Positions 48,476 to 59,400 of a DNA stretch of 64,000 nucleotides are shown here, piece after piece; position 1 is the stretch's first letter, and each line of letters starts with the position of its first letter. The notes beneath the pieces were generated by a model. That model ran no database searches. It was not told the DNA's origin and saw nothing but the letters and a program-made list of their open reading frames with translations. The DNA lies in the NCBI GenBank assembly GCA_963789435.1, contig CAWBKO010000009.1, forward strand, positions 3,277 to 67,276, written 5' to 3'. The stretch is from an uncultured Chloroflexia bacterium (GTDB lineage: Bacteria > Chloroflexota > Limnocylindria > QHBO01). A program made the position numbers and the translations under genes.

Positions 48476-48685
48476 CTAGGGCTCAATCCGGCGGCGCGTG
48501 CCTCTGTCCGTCCAACGACGCACTGGTGCCGCGCCGAGACTGCGCACGGACATGAGTGAGTCGCGCATCTCCTCTTGCCAACGGACCGCGTCGCGGCGCT
48601 CTTCCCGGTGCCGCATCACGATGGCGTATTCGAGGGTGGCGGCCACCAGGGCGGAAAGGCTCAGTGCGTCCACGAAGTCAGGCAT
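48476..48685 (-). CDS. Hypothetical protein.
   Basis: 69-aa ORF, 22 nt downstream of the heptad-repeat protein gene. No family recognised. Confidence 0.35.
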   Translation of the reverse strand: MPDFVDALSLSALVAATLEYAIVMRHREERRDAVRWQEEMRDSLMSVRSLGAAPVRRWTDRGTRRRIEP

Positions 48686-48707
48686 CGCCGAACCATACTC
48701 CTGAGCG

Positions 48708-49100
48708 CTAGGAGCGATCGTCCTTCGGTAGACCAGTGTCGCGACGGGCAGCGGCGGCGGCCCGCATCTTTGAAGCGGCGGAACGCTTCGTGGCCGCGTC
48801 TTCTCGAGAGGTTGACGCCAGCGCCCGCATCGCGCGGGTGGCGAGCCGGCTGGCCGACGACGCCAGGCGCATCACCCGTGACGTCCTGGCTTCGTAGGCG
48901 TCTTCCACTTCCCCACCGGGGGACAGCCGACCGTCGGCACGCGACTGCTCTCCGTATGCCACCAGTTGATCGTGATCGGCGTCGATCGCGTCGCGGTCGG
49001 CGGCATTCTGGTCGGCATCCGCTGCCAGTTGGTCAGCATCTGCCGCGGCCTGGTCGGCGTCCGCGGCAGCCTGGTCGTCTGCGCTCGCATGCGTGGGCAT
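48708..49100 (-). CDS. Hypothetical coiled-coil protein with N-terminal DQxAADA heptad repeats.
   Basis: ADDQAAADADQAAADADQLAADADQNAADRDAIDADHDQ, followed by an Ala/Arg-rich helical region. 130 aa. Confidence 0.5.
   Translation of the reverse strand: MPTHASADDQAAADADQAAADADQLAADADQNAADRDAIDADHDQLVAYGEQSRADGRLSPGGEVEDAYEARTSRVMRLASSASRLATRAMRALASTSREDAATKRSAASKMRAAAAARRDTGLPKDDRS
48966..49079 (-). repeat. Five tandem copies of a 21-bp (heptad-encoding) unit inside the 48708-49100 ORF.
   Basis: The plus strand shows ctggtcggcatccgctgccag / ttggtcagcatctgccgcggc / ctggtcggcgtccgcggcagc ... Confidence 0.7.
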
Positions 49101-49324
49101 GTCACCAATGTGCGGGCGACACTCGGCGGAGTCATGACGACCTCGTCATCCTTCCCCTGCCGCCGATCCGCGACACAGACGAAGCCGCCGGCATCCTCAC
49201 GCCCCGTCCGACCGTTGCGACCAGTCGGACGGGCATTGGCGAGGCTTCCGGCGGCTCATGGGCGATGCTTAGCGAGCGCCGATTTGCCGCATATCCGGCG
49301 CCCGCGGTAAACCTTATCGGCTGA

Positions 49325-49606
49325 TCAGACCGGACCGCTCCCCGTGCGGCTGCGACCCATGATCATGCTGCCAACCACGACCAGGACGACGGCACCGATG
49401 ACGGCCGTCACCAGGGTGCTGAGATCGAAGACCCCGTCCATCGGGTCATTTCCTGTCACCAGGCCGACAACCCAGCCGCCCAAAAGGGCACCGACAAGAC
49501 CAAGCACGATGTGCCCGATAACGCCCAGGCCCTCGTCACCCTTGACGAGGAGTCCGGCGAGCCATCCGGCAATCGCGCCCACAACGAGCCATGCGAGCCA
49601 TTCCAC
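49325..49606 (-). CDS. GlsB/YeaQ/YmgE (transglycosylase-associated) family stress membrane protein.
   Basis: WLAWLVVGAIAGWLAGLLVKG...GVIGHIVLGLVGALLGGWV. GGAGGTAGG RBS. GTG start. Confidence 0.8.
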   Translation of the reverse strand: MEWLAWLVVGAIAGWLAGLLVKGDEGLGVIGHIVLGLVGALLGGWVVGLVTGNDPMDGVFDLSTLVTAVIGAVVLVVVGSMIMGRSRTGSGPV

Positions 49607-49761
49607 AGTCCTACCTCCTATGTGTACGCACAGCGGGCGTTGCCGCCCGCTGCGGTCGAGGGAGTCGACTCACTCGCACTTTGCAATCCTTGGGCCAACC
49701 AACGGCAGGGCCCAATGATTTCCGTCCAATGCGGGCGGGTGCCGGCGGCGCGTGGGCGTGC

Positions 49762-50184
49762 TCAGGCCGATTCCGCTGCCCGCTTCATGCCTTCAGCTTC
49801 GAGGTTCATGTAGCGGTTGGTTAACCCTTTGTAGAACAGGAGCATGATCGGGATGAGCAAGCCGCGCATGTCGAGTGTCAGCGTGAGACGTGCCCGGCCC
49901 TCTCCCAGCGTTTCGACGCGATGTCCGGCGACGGTGGTGGTGCCGCTCTCCTTCTGCGTCCACTCGAAGTAGGACGGCGCATCCCAGACCGTGATGTCCC
50001 AGGTGCCCTCGGGTAGCTTCGGCTGCTTGAGCCGCACGCGGCTGCCTTTGGTGATCGGCGCCGGCGTCAGGAGCTCGACGGTGTCGACCGTCTCGATGCG
50101 CTGCGGCCAGGCCTCGAGGTCGCTGAGCACGTCCCAGACGCGCTGCTGCGATGCGTCTATCTCGATGGACTTCTCAAAGCGCAT
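49762..50184 (-). CDS. SRPBCC (START/polyketide-cyclase-like) family protein.
   Basis: MRFEKSIEIDASQQRVWDVLSDLEAWPQ... 140 aa. Confidence 0.75.
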   Translation of the reverse strand: MRFEKSIEIDASQQRVWDVLSDLEAWPQRIETVDTVELLTPAPITKGSRVRLKQPKLPEGTWDITVWDAPSYFEWTQKESGTTTVAGHRVETLGEGRARLTLTLDMRGLLIPIMLLFYKGLTNRYMNLEAEGMKRAAESA

Positions 50185-50337
50185 GTCGGGCGGTCTGCTC
50201 AGACGGAACCAGAGCGTTGGACATGGGTGCAGTCTAGCCGCGACGCCAGACCCTCAAGACGCAACGGGGGACCATCGCCTCCCTGCGCAGCGTGCACCAG
50301 CAGCTCCTCCGGTCGAGGCTGGTCGCACAATGGTGGC

Positions 50338-50775
50338 ATGCCGATCATTCGCGTTGGGCTTGTATCCGTCCTCGCCCTGCTTAGCCTATCCGCCTGCGTG
50401 GCGCCCGGCTGCTACGAACCGGCGGGCGCAGCCATTCGCCCACCGTTGGTGCTGCCACTGGACGGACATGCGCTCGGGCAGTGCCAATCATCGATCAGGA
50501 TCGACGGGCTTGAGTGGGTCCAGAGCAACAACACCTACGATCTGGACGGTGCGGACCTGGAGCCCATCGGCGAGGCGGATGAGACCAGCCACAACACGCC
50601 GGCCCTGGCAGGACCGACGATCTACGAGATCGCCGGTGTCGACTCGGACGAGGCGATCGCCATGGAGCGGTGGGATGGCCAGTTCATCGTGTTCCTGAGC
50701 CTGGAAGGCAGCCTCGTCGTCCCGCCGGAACTGTGCCGGACGCTGCCTCCCCAGGACTCAGAGGGGTGCGAGTAA
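50338..50775 (+). CDS. Putative lipoprotein.
   Basis: MPIIRVGLVSVLALLSLSACVAP (lipobox LSLSAC). 145 aa. CACAAT lies 6 nt upstream of the ATG. Confidence 0.6.
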   Translation: MPIIRVGLVSVLALLSLSACVAPGCYEPAGAAIRPPLVLPLDGHALGQCQSSIRIDGLEWVQSNNTYDLDGADLEPIGEADETSHNTPALAGPTIYEIAGVDSDEAIAMERWDGQFIVFLSLEGSLVVPPELCRTLPPQDSEGCE

Positions 50776-50849
50776 GTCTCGCGCCCGACCTCTTCACGGA
50801 ACGAACGGCTCGGGCGACGGGCCCGGGGGACGACCCGCCGCCCGATGTG

Positions 50850-51272
50850 TCACATGGCGACGACGGCCTCCAGGTCATTGTCGGCCGTTGCGCCGTTCGC
50901 GGCCGGAACGCCGTCCGGGGCATCGGCGACAGCCTGGGCCTCCTGGGCGTACTCCTTCTTCGAGCGGCCGGACAGCATCTCGAGCGAGGCGACGACCACC
51001 TCGGTCTTCCAATGCCGCTTTCCGGCATCGTCGTCCCACTGACGCGTCTGGAGCCGCCCGTCGACGTCGACCAGCTGGCCCTTCGACAGGAACTGGCCGC
51101 AGATCTCGGCCAGGCGATCCCACGCCACGCAGGCGTGATATTCGGTCCGCTCCCCGTTCGCGCCGCGGTACTCGTTCGTCGCGACCGAGAAGGTGGCGAC
51201 ATGCTTCCCGGATGGCAGCGATCGAAGCTCCGGGTCCCGGGTAAGACGGCCGACGAGCATCACCTTGTTCAT
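50850..51272 (-). CDS. ssb: Single-stranded DNA-binding protein paralog with a non-canonical C-terminus.
   Basis: The OB fold begins MNKVMLVGRLTRDPELRSLPSGKHVATFSVATNE...RLQTRQWDD. GGAAGGAG RBS. It ends ...ATADNDLEAVVAM instead of an acidic D-D-D-(I/L)-P-F tip. Confidence 0.85.
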   Translation of the reverse strand: MNKVMLVGRLTRDPELRSLPSGKHVATFSVATNEYRGANGERTEYHACVAWDRLAEICGQFLSKGQLVDVDGRLQTRQWDDDAGKRHWKTEVVVASLEMLSGRSKKEYAQEAQAVADAPDGVPAANGATADNDLEAVVAM

Positions 51273-51376
51273 ACCGATGGCTCCTTCCATCAACAGCGCA
51301 CCGGGGGCGAGGTCGGCCGCTTGATGAGGAAGGCTACGGACGGGCGATTACTGAGCGAGTACCAGCCGCTTACCGC

Positions 51377-52258
51377 TCACGCGCCGCGTCGCGAACCTGG
51401 CCGCCGTCGCGGGTAGAGGTGGTCGATCCCCGGCGTGCGCAGCGAGACCTTGGCGACGGGTGGCAGCTGGCGTTTGAACTCCATCTGCGCGACCCGACGC
51501 GCCACCCAGCCAACCAGGTCGGGATCCAGGCCGGCCGCCACGCAGCGATCGACCGTCCAGCGCCGGTCGACCAGAGCGAAGAGCGTCCGGTCGAGGAGGT
51601 CGTACGAGCGCCCCAGCTCGCCCTCGTCGGTCTGCCCGGGCCACAGGTCGGCCGACGGCGGCTTTGCCAGGATCTCCTCGGGCACCCCCAGGTGAGTGGC
51701 GACCCCGCGCAGCTGCGTCTTGTACAGGTCGCCGATCGGCGCGAAGGCGGCCGCCATGTCGCCGAACAGGGTGCCGTAGCCCAGCAGCGCCTCGGTCTTG
51801 TTGCTGGTGCCCGCCACGAGCGCGTCGAACGCGGCCGAGCGGTCGTAGACGACGATCATCCGTTGACGGGCCATCACGTTCCCACGCCGCACGTTGAGGA
51901 CGTCGCCTGCGGCCGGCTCTTCGGGCTGATCGATCGTGGCCAGCATCGGATCCACCATGGGGGTGATGTCGACCCGTTCGGTCCGGCAGCCCAGCGCGCT
52001 GACGACGCGCAGCGCATCGGTTTCCGAGGACTCGGAGCTGGTCCGATACGGCATGCGCACCGCCAGCAGGTTGTCGGGACCGACCGCGCGAGCGCACAGG
52101 AACGCGACAGTCGCGGAGTCGACCCCGCCGGAGAGGCCGATGACGATGCGGTCGAAACCCGTCTGCTCCATCTGGGCGCGGATGAAGCCGATGATGACCT
52201 CGGCCGCCTGCGCCGGCTCGATGGCTGGCAGCGGCGGAAGGCCGTCGGGCTCGCTCAT
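51377..52258 (-). CDS. nadE: NAD+ synthetase (synthetase subunit).
   Basis: PP-loop GLSGGVDSA. Also GTSNKTEALLGYGTLFGD, DLYKTQ and PSADLWPGQTDE. The ATG overlaps the CN-hydrolase stop (ATGA). Confidence 0.9.
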   Translation of the reverse strand: MSEPDGLPPLPAIEPAQAAEVIIGFIRAQMEQTGFDRIVIGLSGGVDSATVAFLCARAVGPDNLLAVRMPYRTSSESSETDALRVVSALGCRTERVDITPMVDPMLATIDQPEEPAAGDVLNVRRGNVMARQRMIVVYDRSAAFDALVAGTSNKTEALLGYGTLFGDMAAAFAPIGDLYKTQLRGVATHLGVPEEILAKPPSADLWPGQTDEGELGRSYDLLDRTLFALVDRRWTVDRCVAAGLDPDLVGWVARRVAQMEFKRQLPPVAKVSLRTPGIDHLYPRRRPGSRRGA

Positions 52259-53136
52259 GCGTCGTCGGGCGGTGCCGGCAGATCGGCCCGTTCGGCGATG
52301 ATCCGGTCGATCTCGCGCCCGGTGAGCTCGAGGCGCTCGTCGGCAAGGAGCGGCATCCCGTAGCGCTGCATGCGCACGTCATCGGTGTCGATGGCTCCCA
52401 CCACCAGGGCCTCATCCCAGAGCGGCGCCTCGACGACCGTCGAGCCGTCGGCGGCCAGGATGCGCGAGCCGCCCCAGAAGGTCAGTCCCTCCTCGTTGCC
52501 GACCCGGTTGCAGAAGGCGATCGCCACCGTGCCGAGCAGCGCATAGGTGTCCTGCATCTTGTGCCAGCCGGCGATGGCGGCCATCCCCGCCGCGCTGCCG
52601 GGCGCGCGGGACGGGCCGGCGGCGATGTTGACCAGCAGGTCGGCGCCGTCCTGCGCCTGGATCAGCGGCACGCTGGCGTGCCAGAAGTCCTCGCACACCG
52701 ACAGGCCGATGCGCCCGATGGGCGGACCTGCCTCGTGGGTGCGGACCCGGTCGCCGGGACGGGTGAAGCGACCCTCGTCGAAGAGGCCGTAGGTCGGCAG
52801 GTAGACCTTGCGGTGCAGCCCCATCAGCTCCCCGCCGCGCAGCAGCGCGGCGCTGTTCGCGTAGCGATGGTCATCGGTCTCTTCGACGAAGCCGACGACG
52901 ACCAGCATCTCGGGCGCCTCGTGGCCAAGCTGGAGCAGCCGCGGGTCGTCGGCGCGCATCGAGACCTCCGGCACCAGGTCCTGCAGCAGGTAGCCGGTCA
53001 GCGCGAGCTCCGGAAAGACGGTCAGCTGCGCCTCCTCGGCAGAGGCCCGTCGCAGCCAGTCGGCAGCGAGCGCGAGGTTGGCGTCCACCTCGCCGAGCCG
53101 CGGGGCAACCTGGGCCAGCGCGATCCGATACTCCAT
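52255..53136 (-). CDS. Carbon-nitrogen hydrolase (nitrilase superfamily); probable glutaminase partner of NadE.
   Basis: Catalytic-triad contexts FPELALTGY (Glu), HRKVYLP (Lys) and LSVCEDFW (Cys). 293 aa. Confidence 0.85.
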   Translation of the reverse strand: MEYRIALAQVAPRLGEVDANLALAADWLRRASAEEAQLTVFPELALTGYLLQDLVPEVSMRADDPRLLQLGHEAPEMLVVVGFVEETDDHRYANSAALLRGGELMGLHRKVYLPTYGLFDEGRFTRPGDRVRTHEAGPPIGRIGLSVCEDFWHASVPLIQAQDGADLLVNIAAGPSRAPGSAAGMAAIAGWHKMQDTYALLGTVAIAFCNRVGNEEGLTFWGGSRILAADGSTVVEAPLWDEALVVGAIDTDDVRMQRYGMPLLADERLELTGREIDRIIAERADLPAPPDDA

Positions 53137-53144
53137 CGCTGCGC

Positions 53145-53150
53145 AGCGTA
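53145..53150 (-). promoter_or_regulatory. -10 box TACGCT, 8 nt upstream of ATG 53136 (leaderless-type).
   Basis: The minus strand reads TACGCTGCGCAGCG-ATG, with no SD. Confidence 0.35.
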
Positions 53151-53160
53151 GCGCAGCCGC

Positions 53161-54339
53161 TCAGACGCGGGAGTGCCCGTCCTCGGTCGTCGGGCCGCCG
53201 TGATCGAACAGCCCGCCCTCGTCCGCCGGTGGCTGCGGGGTCGGCCCGGCCGCCTCCTCGTCGGTCGTGGCAAAGGCGGTGCTGCGCTGCGCGGCCGTGG
53301 CAATGAGCTTCTCGCGCCGGTCTCCGGGGAGCAGCTCCTCGGCGAAGTGGCAGGCGACCTCGTGGTCCCCGCCGAGCGTGCGGAGCTGCGGCCGATCGCT
53401 GGCGCAGCGCTCGGGGTTCCCGAGCTGCGTCCGCAGCCAGCAGCGCGTGTGGAATCGACAGCCGGTCGGCGGGTTCACCGGGGACGGCACGTCGCCGAGC
53501 AGGATGATCCGGCGCCGCCGCTCGCGCTCCTTCGGGCTCGAGACCGGCACCGCCGAGAGGAGGGCGATCGTGTACGGATGCAGCGGCAGGCGGTAGATCT
53601 CCTTCGACTCCGCCAGCTCGGCGATCGAGCCCAGGTACATGACCGCCACCCGGTCGCTGATGTGCTCGACGACGCCCATGTTGTGGGCGATGAACAGGTA
53701 GGTCAGGCCGAGCTCGCGCTGCAGGCCGCGGAGCAGATTGAGGACCTGTGCCTGGATGCTGACGTCGAGCGCGCTGACCGGCTCGTCGAGCACGAGCAGG
53801 TCCGGCTCGAGGACGAGGGCGCGCGCGATCCCGATCCGCTGCCGCTGGCCGCCACTGAACTCGTGCGGATAGCGGCGGGCGTGGTACGGGGCAAGACCAA
53901 CCAGCTCCATGATCTTCGCCACCCGATTGCGCCGCTCCGTCGCGTTGGCCAGGCCATGGATACGCAGCCCCTCGCCGATGCTGGCGCCGATCGGCGTCCG
54001 CGGGTCGAGCGACGCGAACGGGTCCTGGAAGATGATCTGCATCCGGCGACGGAACGGCTTGAGGTTGCGTCGAGGCAGCGCCGTGATATCGGTGCCGTCG
54101 AACAGGACCCTGCCCCCGGTCGGCTCGACCAGCCGCAGGAGCGCGCGGCCGACGGTCGTCTTGCCACAGCCCGACTCGCCGACGAGGCCGAGCGTCTGTC
54201 CGCGACGGATCGTGAAGCTGACGTCGTCGACCGCCTTCACGTCGCCGATCTTGCGGCGCAGGATCCCGCCGACCAGCGGGAAGAACTCGCTCAGGTGCTC
54301 GACCTGGACGAGCGCGTCGTTACGCCGTGGAGCGGTCAC
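53161..54339 (-). CDS. Peptide ABC transporter ATP-binding protein (OppF/DppF-like) with an extended C-terminus.
   Basis: [17 protein letters not shown] context ([15 protein letters not shown]), [12 protein letters not shown] and the oligopeptide C-terminal motif HPYT. The GTG overlaps the upstream stop. Confidence 0.9.
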   Translation of the reverse strand: MTAPRRNDALVQVEHLSEFFPLVGGILRRKIGDVKAVDDVSFTIRRGQTLGLVGESGCGKTTVGRALLRLVEPTGGRVLFDGTDITALPRRNLKPFRRRMQIIFQDPFASLDPRTPIGASIGEGLRIHGLANATERRNRVAKIMELVGLAPYHARRYPHEFSGGQRQRIGIARALVLEPDLLVLDEPVSALDVSIQAQVLNLLRGLQRELGLTYLFIAHNMGVVEHISDRVAVMYLGSIAELAESKEIYRLPLHPYTIALLSAVPVSSPKERERRRRIILLGDVPSPVNPPTGCRFHTRCWLRTQLGNPERCASDRPQLRTLGGDHEVACHFAEELLPGDRREKLIATAAQRSTAFATTDEEAAGPTPQPPADEGGLFDHGGPTTEDGHSRV

Positions 54340-55412
54340 GCGCGCGGCCCATCGGCGTTGAGCGGCCGATCGCGGACGTCGCCGTCGGCGTCGTGGTACA
54401 TCCAGCAGCGAGCCGCGTGATTGTCCGCGACCAGCCGGAGCTCGGGATGCTGCTGCTCGGCCAGCTCGACGTCGTACTCGACCCGGGAGGTGCAGCGCGG
54501 GGCGAAGCGACACGCCTCGGGCAGGTCGATCAGGTTCGGCACCTGGCCGGGGATGACGCTGAGCTCCTCGCGGTCCTCCCCGAGGACGGGCACGGAGCCG
54601 ATCAGCCCGCGCGTGTACGGATGCCGGGGATCGGCGAACAGGCCGGCGACGTCTCCCTCCTCGACGATCTCGCCGGCGTACATCACCGCCACCCGGTCGC
54701 ACATCTCGGCGACGACGCCGAGGTCATGGGTGATCAGGATCATCGCGGTGTTCGTCTCGCGCTGGAGCGTCCGGATGACGTCCAGGATCTGCGCCTGGAT
54801 GGTGACGTCCAGCGCGGTCGTCGGCTCGTCGGCGATCAGCAGCTCCGGCTCGCAGGCGAGCGCCATGGCGATCATCACGCGCTGTGCCATCCCACCCGAC
54901 AGCTCGTGAGGAAACGCGTCCAGCCGGCGCCGCGGGTCGGGGATGCCGACCATCTCGAGCAGCTCGAGCGCGCGCTCGCGCGCGTCCTTGCGCTTCATCT
55001 GCCGATGCAGCTCGAGCATCTCGCCGACCTGCCTGCCCACGTCGTAGACGGGGTTCAGGCTGCTCGTCGGTTGCTGGAAGATCATGCTGACGCGCTCGCC
55101 GCGGATCTCGCGCATCTCGCGGTCACGGAGCTTGAGCAGATCCTGCCCGTCGAAGACCACCTCGCCCGCCTCGATCCGTCCCGGTGGCGCGATCAACCGC
55201 ATGATCGAGAGGCTGGTCACGCTCTTGCCGCAGCCCGACTCCCCCACCAGGCCCATGACCTCGCCGCGGTCGACGTGGAAGTCGATCCCGGTCACGGCAC
55301 GCACCACGCCGTCGCGGGTATGGAAGCTGGTCTGCAGGCCGCGCACATCGAGCAGGCGGTCGCCGGCCTCGCCGAAGCGCTGCCGGGGCGGACGCACGTC
55401 GGTCAGGGTCAT
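54336..55412 (-). CDS. Peptide ABC transporter ATP-binding protein (OppD/DppD-like).
   Basis: [36 protein letters not shown] and HPYTRGL. ATG 55412 overlaps the permease stop (ATGA). Confidence 0.9.
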   Translation of the reverse strand: MTLTDVRPPRQRFGEAGDRLLDVRGLQTSFHTRDGVVRAVTGIDFHVDRGEVMGLVGESGCGKSVTSLSIMRLIAPPGRIEAGEVVFDGQDLLKLRDREMREIRGERVSMIFQQPTSSLNPVYDVGRQVGEMLELHRQMKRKDARERALELLEMVGIPDPRRRLDAFPHELSGGMAQRVMIAMALACEPELLIADEPTTALDVTIQAQILDVIRTLQRETNTAMILITHDLGVVAEMCDRVAVMYAGEIVEEGDVAGLFADPRHPYTRGLIGSVPVLGEDREELSVIPGQVPNLIDLPEACRFAPRCTSRVEYDVELAEQQHPELRLVADNHAARCWMYHDADGDVRDRPLNADGPRA

Positions 55413-56372
55413 CGGTTCAGCCGCGGGTCGAGCGCGTCGCGCACGCCGTCGCCGAGCAGGTTGAAGCCGAGCACGCTGAGAGCCAGCGCGATGCCGGGGA
55501 AGATGATGAGGTGCGGCGCGCTGAACATCTGGTTGCGCACGAGGCCGATCATCGAGCCCCACTCCGGCGTCGGCTCCTTGGCGCCGATGCCGAGGAACGA
55601 CAGCGCGGCGACCTCCAGGATGGCGGTCGCGATGCCGAGCGTGCCCTGCACGATGAGCGGCGTCAGCGCGTTCGGGAAGGATGCGACGCACGAGAATGCC
55701 GGTCCCCGACTCCCCGAGGGCGCGCGACGCCGTGACGAAGTCACGCTCGCGCACCGAGAGGACGGAGGCGCGCATGACACGCGCGTAGACCGGAATCGCC
55801 ACGATGCCGATCGCGAGCATGGCATTGAAGAGCGGATCGTCCAGGAATGGAATCGAGAGCGTCTGGAAGGCGGTCGCCAGGAAGATCGCCAGCACGAGGG
55901 CCGGAAACGCGAGGAGGACGTCCATCACCCGCATCAGGCCGTTGTCGAGCCAGCCGCCGAGGTAGCCGGCGATCGAGCCGATGAAGGTTCCGACCAGGAT
56001 CGCCATCCCCACCGTCACGATCCCGACCTGCAGCGAGACGCGGGCCCCGAAGACCACGCGGCTGAACTCGTCGCGCCCGTTCTGGTCCACGCCCATGATG
56101 AACTGCGGCTGCGAATCCGGACAGCCGAGCAGATGGATGCACGGGCCGGTCAGGCGCTCGGCGCCCTCACCACGGATCGGGACTTCCGGGTCGTACGGCG
56201 CGATCAGGGGCGCGAAGATGGCCGCGAACAGGATGACGCCCAGGATCGCAAGGCCCGCGATGGCGGAACGCTGGCGCAGGATCTCCCCAAGCGTGTCGCG
56301 CCACAGGTTCGTTGGGCGGCGCGCCCGCAGCTCACGCTCCTCGAGCTGTCGCGCGAGGTCGGCTGCCGTCAT
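55409..56372 (-). CDS. Peptide ABC transporter permease (OppC/DppC-like); one apparent frameshift near 55690.
   Basis: [21 protein letters not shown]... in one frame. [31 protein letters not shown]...DALDPRLNR is in the next. Confidence 0.85.
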
Positions 56373-56376
56373 CGGC

Positions 56377-57454
56377 TCATCGCAGGCGGATCCGTGGATC
56401 CAGGTAGGCGTAGGAGACGTCCACGATCAGGTTGATCACGACGTAGAAGACGGCCGTCACGAGCGTGAGCGCCTGGACCACGATGTAGTCACGGGCGGTG
56501 ATCGCCTCGAAGAGCGTTCGTCCGATGCCAGGCAGCAGGAAGATCGTCTCGGTCAGCACGGCGCCCGACAGCAGCGCTCCGAGCGAGAGGCCGATGACGG
56601 TCACCACCGGAAGCAACGCGTTGCGGAAGGCATGGCGGCTGGTGACGATCCGATTGCTGGCGCCCTTGGCGCGAGCCGTCCGGACATAGTCGAGGCCCAG
56701 GACGTCGAGCATGCTCGAGCGCGTCATGCGCGCGATGACCGCCATCGGGATGGTCCCCAGCGCGATCATCGGCAGGATCATGTGCTTCAAGCGCATCGAG
56801 GAAGACTCCCCACTGACCGCTGATCAGCGATGCGGTGACCTTCATCCCCGACAGGAAGTCGAGGACGGCTCGCGGGAAGCCGGTCAAGTCGGGCATGCCC
56901 CAGCTTTGGGCGAGCGGCACGAACCCGATTCCTGCGGAGAGCTGGCCCGACGGCGGCAACGCGAGCGGCGAACCGCGCAGGCCGACGGCAAAGAAGTAGG
57001 CAAGCAGCAGGCCGAGGACGAAGACCGGGATCGAGACGCCGAGGTTGGCCAGCACCATGGTCCCGACGTCGACCGGCGAGTTGCGCCGCGTCGCCGACAG
57101 CCTGCCCAGCGTCACGCCGACGATCGTCGCGAATGCCAGGGCGAACAGCGTCAGCTCCAGCGTGACCGGCAGTCGTTCGATCAGGATCTCGCTGACCGGC
57201 CGGCCCTGTCGCAGCGAGACGCCGAGATCACCGGTGGCCAGCTGGCCGAGATAGGCGACGAACTGGATCGGAATCGGCTGATCCAGGCCGTATCGCTGCA
57301 CGAAGTCGTTGCAGATCGCCTCGGTCGCTCGCTCGCCGAGCGCGGCGATGCACGGGTCGCCGGGCAGCAGCCGTGCGAGCGCGAACACCAGGAAGATGAT
57401 CCCGAGCAGGACCGGGATGGCCAGCAGCACCCTGCGCAGGACGAACTGGAGCAT
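56377..57454 (-). CDS. Peptide ABC transporter permease (OppB/DppB-like); one apparent frameshift near 56800.
   Basis: MLQFVLRRVLLAIPVLLGIIFLVFAL...LPGDP. The C-terminal part (ARAKGASNRIV...DVSYAYLDPRIRL) is in a second frame. Confidence 0.85.
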
Positions 57455-57525
57455 TGCTGCCCAATCTTACGGAGTTGACGAAAGGGGCGCCGCCATTGGC
57501 GACGCCCCTTTCCGATATCGGTCGG

Positions 57526-59248
57526 CTACTCCGCCGGCAGCGGCGGGTTCAGGAACCCACCCCACAGGGCCGAGAAGTAGTCGAACGTGCTGGTGCGCCC
57601 GACGTGCAGCGGATTCTCGATATCCCACTGCGCGGCGTAGCTCTGGACGACGTCGTTCGCGTCCAGTGTTGCGCCGTCGTGGAACTTCACGCCAGAACGC
57701 AGCGTGCAGGTCCATTCGTCGAGCGTGTCGTTCGGGACGCACTCCTCCGCCAGCGACGGGATCGCGGCCGTGCCGCCGACCTCGTAGGCGTAGAGGGCTT
57801 CCATGATCTGCTCGCAGACGCGAAGGCTCTCGCCGTCGGTCTCGTCCGCGCAGTACAGGCCACCGGGCTCGCCGTTCTGCATCCAGACGAGCTGATCGTC
57901 AGCTCCCGGACCGATGACGGCCATCGACTCGTTGCCAAGCGGCGACGAGTGCGCGCCTTCGACGTCGGCCAGCCAGGCCGTGCCCGATCCACCGTGCGCG
58001 ATGGGAATCATCGGCACGTGGGTGCGGATCGCGTTGTTCGCCTCGGTGTAGGCGGCCTCCCGATCCGCGTCCTCGACGCTCGATGCGCCGGTGGTCAGCG
58101 GGCCGGTGATGTCGTCGAACTTATCTCCGAACTGCGACCGACGCCCCGGACCCGAAGTGGAAGTCCAGGAAGTTCGTCGCGTCGGGGTAGTCGGCGCCCC
58201 ACCCGAGCAGGTGGATGCCGTCGAGCTCGCCGGCATTTGCCGCGTCGAGGTACGCCGTCGACTCGATCGGCTCGAGGCTGGCGGTTACGCCGAGGTCGGC
58301 AAGCTGCGCCTGGATCTCGGTCGCGACCTGCGTCGGCAGCGGCAGGTAGCCACGGACGACGTCACGGAACTGGATGGTGGTCTCGATGTTGAGCGGCTCG
58401 AGGATCTCTCGAGCTGCATCCGGGTCGTACTCGTACCACTCGTCACCGGTGCATCCGAACGGGATGGCGCACGGCGTGAAGTGCGACGCAACCTCGGAGC
58501 CGGGCGGGTAGTACGAGTCGACGATGGCCTGACGATCGAGGCCCATGGCGATTGCCTGGCGAACCTCTTCGTCATCCCACGGTGGGAACGCATTGTTGAA
58601 GCCGACGTAGAAGGTGTTGAGGCCTTCCCGGTCGATGAGCTGCAGGTTCGGGTCGTTCGCGATCGTCTCGAAGTCATCCGGACCCGGGTTGTCGATGCCG
58701 TCGACCGTGCCGGACTGGAGCTCGACCAGCCGCTGTGCGGCCTCGGCGCTCCACCGGAAGATCACGGTCGGAGAGATCGGCGCCTCGCCCCAGTAGTCGG
58801 GATTGGCGCTCAGGGTGATCTCCGAGCCACGGCTCCAGCTCTCGAGCTTGTAGGGGCCGGTGCCGTTCGGAACCGCGACGATCGAGCCACCCGGAGCATG
58901 CTCCTCGAGGTAGGCGCTGTCGTTGATCGCGAACGAGGTGAACGCGACCTTCGACAGGAAGGCGACGTCCGGGTTGCAGAGATCGAACACGACCGTCGTC
59001 GCGTCATCGGCTCGAATCTGCTCGATGTTGCCGGTGTACGCGCCGTGCGTATCGTCGGCGGCCGCTCCGCACTCCGCGGGGGCCTCAGGGTACGCCGTGG
59101 CCGTGAACGGGCCTTCTGACGTTGGCGGCTCGGAAGCCGGGGCCTCGGATCCCGTGCCCGCCGACTCGCTGGGCCCGGCCTGCTGCCCGCAGGCGGCCAG
59201 CACGAGCACGAGCACGGCGAGGACGGAGACCCATCTCCAGGTGCGCAT
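57526..59248 (-). CDS. Peptide ABC transporter substrate-binding lipoprotein (family 5 SBP); one apparent frameshift near 58135.
   Basis: Signal and lipobox VLVLVLAAC. Also GTGPYKLESW and ANPDYWGE. GGAGGAGAG RBS. The C-terminal third is in ORF 57526-58236. Confidence 0.85.
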
Positions 59249-59400
59249 CCACTCTCCTCCAAATGTGATGATCGACGTCGCGGTGTTAGCTCGTCCGCTC
59301 CGTGATGACGGCCACCGCCTCCGGCCATCGACGGGCTACTCCTGAAATCAGAAGAATTTCGGGATCAGGGGCTCGATAGTCTCGCACACTCGTGCATGGG

